The position numbers and the translations under genes are program-made. From Chromera velia (lineage: Eukaryota): a stretch of DNA of 51,457 nt. Position 1 is the stretch's first letter. Each line of letters starts with the position of its first letter. Shown here piece by piece: positions 49,452 through 51,457 of the stretch. The DNA is taken from positions 1-51,457 of the forward strand of contig JAHBMJ010000286.1 of the NCBI GenBank assembly GCA_018398765.1. The letters run 5' to 3'. Under the pieces are notes generated by a model. That model saw only the letters and a program-made list of their open reading frames with translations. It did no database searches and had not been told where the DNA came from.

Positions 49452-49771
49452 AGTGAAATTTGACATGATGCATGCACAGCGTCAGTATGTATGCGTGTCC
49501 GGCTGTGTCAGGCATGCAAAGGTATCGCGCGCCGTGTGAGAGTAATTTGCGTATTTCATGTGCATGAATAATTCCTTTCATACTTCCATGTATGCAGAAA
49601 TCCATGCAGAGTGAATTCAATTAATACAAAGACCAAAAGTTGAGCCAAACAGAGGCATGAATGCAAATAGTGAACTGATCCATGAAGTCTCACTCCATCT
49701 GACGGAGCCAATAACCTTCTGATAATAAAATGACCAGGGTGTGCCAAGGGACACAGTCCCTATATTTCTAC
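49452..49771 (+). repeat. LTR 3
   Basis: 320 bp, followed by the TSD. Confidence 0.88.
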
Positions 49772-50761
49772 ACTCGTATAGTGAGAAAACTACGTGATCA
49801 CGTATAGCTGTCATAAAGTGTTCTACGACATGTGTATACTTCTGACTCGCCGTTCTGGCCGAAAAGGGAGATATCAGAGGTGATGTAGAACCTTCATAAA
49901 ATCTTCCCTAACATTTTCTTCGCTTCACAGTTTTGATATGCATGCTAAACGATGTCATTTCCCTATAAATTACCATACATGATTCGTAAGATGAAAGACA
50001 AATCTAACTTAGACTTACTTACTCCGTCCAAAACAAAACAAGAAGAAAACATAATTAAAGTTTTAGTAAGACATGTTGTATCTGTATATATGGGAGGCGG
50101 ATCTTTTTATTCTAAAAATGTATACACTCACTACTTCCTCACGGAATTAGCGGATGCTAGACTAGTTTCTCGCTCACGCAGTGAATGAGGGTTTTGTTAT
50201 ACATGCACAAGGTTCCACGCCATCCCCTTGCTTTGAAATAAACCTAAATAAACCGTTTCGTCCGCTATGTCCCCTACTATGCCATACGATTTGCTTTACT
50301 AGGAGTTTGCTTTACTACGAGTTTACTTTGGAGTTCTTTTTGTTTTGTTTGTTGGCCCGAAGGCCGCAAAAATTCCTAATACGCATTGAATGCATTCCCC
50401 ACACGGCAATCTTTAGTAAAAGGCGAAAGATTGATACGTGATGCGGTGAATGCTGCGATACGCAGGGGAAGGAATCTAATGCCGCACTGGCAGCATTCCG
50501 GTTTTTCGGAGGAAAAAAAAAACATGCATGCGGTCGGGTGTTCGCCGTCTCCGCGAATTCCCGTCTCCTTGACTGCATGTCTGCTCTGGCAGTGCAGACC
50601 CATCGTTTACCAGCCCGTTTCCTTCTGTTGAACGGAGACGAAGAAGAGAAGCCAATAGGCACCACAGTCTTCTTTTGTCTGACAACAATTTTGAGCGCCA
50701 GATTCTTCGGTCAATTTTTGATTTACAGTCCTTGAGCAGCGGTCTGGCTTGTCGTGAACTA

Positions 50762-51421
50762 ATGGTACGAGCTGCAATTCCGGTAAGGGGACAAAGCAAG
50801 TCTCCCAAAGGGGGTGCAGCTGCGGCGCCCTCATTGCCAGCTCGAGCTCCTTCTGAGGGTCCAAAAGAAAGTCCAAAAGTCCCGAGCAGTTTCTCTCTTC
50901 CCCCATGGTACATTTTCTTGAGCGGTGTCGTCCAACTGTTCGTCGCATCAGGAGTGCTTCATGGTTTTCCGTCCTTCCGTCAGATGCTCTTGGCTGAGGG
51001 ATACAAACGATCTCTCTGTCCCGAGGAAGATGAGCTCTGCGATGACGTCAGTAGGGAGAGGGGGAGGAAGTGTTCGTTGCCGTCTCCTCATCAAGCCGAG
51101 CCGTCTCCGAAATGTTTATTTGTTCGTGGTCATGTTCCCTTGTAAACCTGACCTCCATTTTTTCCGTTCTCTTTTCCGTCTCGTTTATGTTATCTGTTTT
51201 TGCGTCCTGCAGCGCTCTCGGGAGCTTCTGAGCATCTACACGAACTCAGTTGTGCCTGCGACCCTGGGGTTCCTCCTGGCTGGATTTGCCCTGCCTGTCT
51301 TGGGTCCTCGGTTCTGCAACCTGCTCAGCCTGGCGCTTCATCTGGTTGCACACGCACTGATGGGAATGAGTGGGGAGGACCCGGAAGGCATCGTTCCGAA
51401 TAGAGACTGGATGGCTTCGGG
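50762..51421 (+). CDS. MFS transporter, SLC43/FMP42-like; first two exons, continues beyond the window
   Basis: Exon 50762-51046 reads ...VVQLFVASGVLHGFPSFRQMLLAEGYKRSLCPEEDELCDD. Exon 51213-51421 reads RSRELLSIYT...LAGFALPVLGPRFC. The TM1 G..G, EG...LC...C loop and the GPR motif fit this family. Confidence 0.65.
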
Positions 51422-51457
51422 GTGAGTGGGTAGGGGCAGGGGGGGGGGGGGGGGGGG

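Larger units (their letters stand above)
45133..49771 (+). mobile_element. Tandem dimer of a gag-only LTR retroelement (LTR-gag-LTR-gag-LTR)
   Basis: Three 320-bp direct repeats. PBS-like TGGTGA... follows LTR1 and LTR2, and the PPT GAGGGGGGTA precedes LTR2 and LTR3. TSD ACTCG lies at 45128-45132 and 49772-49776 (or CTCG if the element ends in CA). No pol. Confidence 0.88.

Overview
Eukaryotic, intron-rich genomic DNA with GT-AG introns full of CT/CTTT/GT microsatellites. The style suggests a protist rather than a fungus, animal or plant, but that is inference. Host-type genes: a 6-exon TPR-Kelch-pRiA4b ORF3-MYND gene (minus strand, partly duplicated across an assembly gap), an intact multi-exon Gfo/Idh/MocA oxidoreductase (minus), a frameshifted Ser/Thr kinase (plus), the 5' end of an SLC43/FMP42-like MFS transporter, and a decayed Sushi/HYR extracellular-protein gene. 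Mobile DNA: the 3' end of a CRE-type RLE non-LTR retrotransposon, a 6.1-kb LTR element (TG...CA, ACATG TSD) with no recognisable gag/pol but a decayed antisense ORF, a hAT-like MITE, a Tc1/mariner-like MITE, and an LTR-gag-LTR-gag-LTR tandem of a gag-only retroelement carrying hairpin arrays. Two observations stand out. (1) Repeats show heavy C-to-T/G-to-A hypermutation enriched at CpA/TpG, resembling fungal RIP, in what does not look like a fungal genome. (2) An intact stand-alone OLD-type TOPRIM nuclease-like ORF with a possible mitochondrial presequence sits inside an otherwise decayed accessory region that also holds a ubiquitin-fusion pseudogene. All domain calls were made by eye from motifs; no searches were run.
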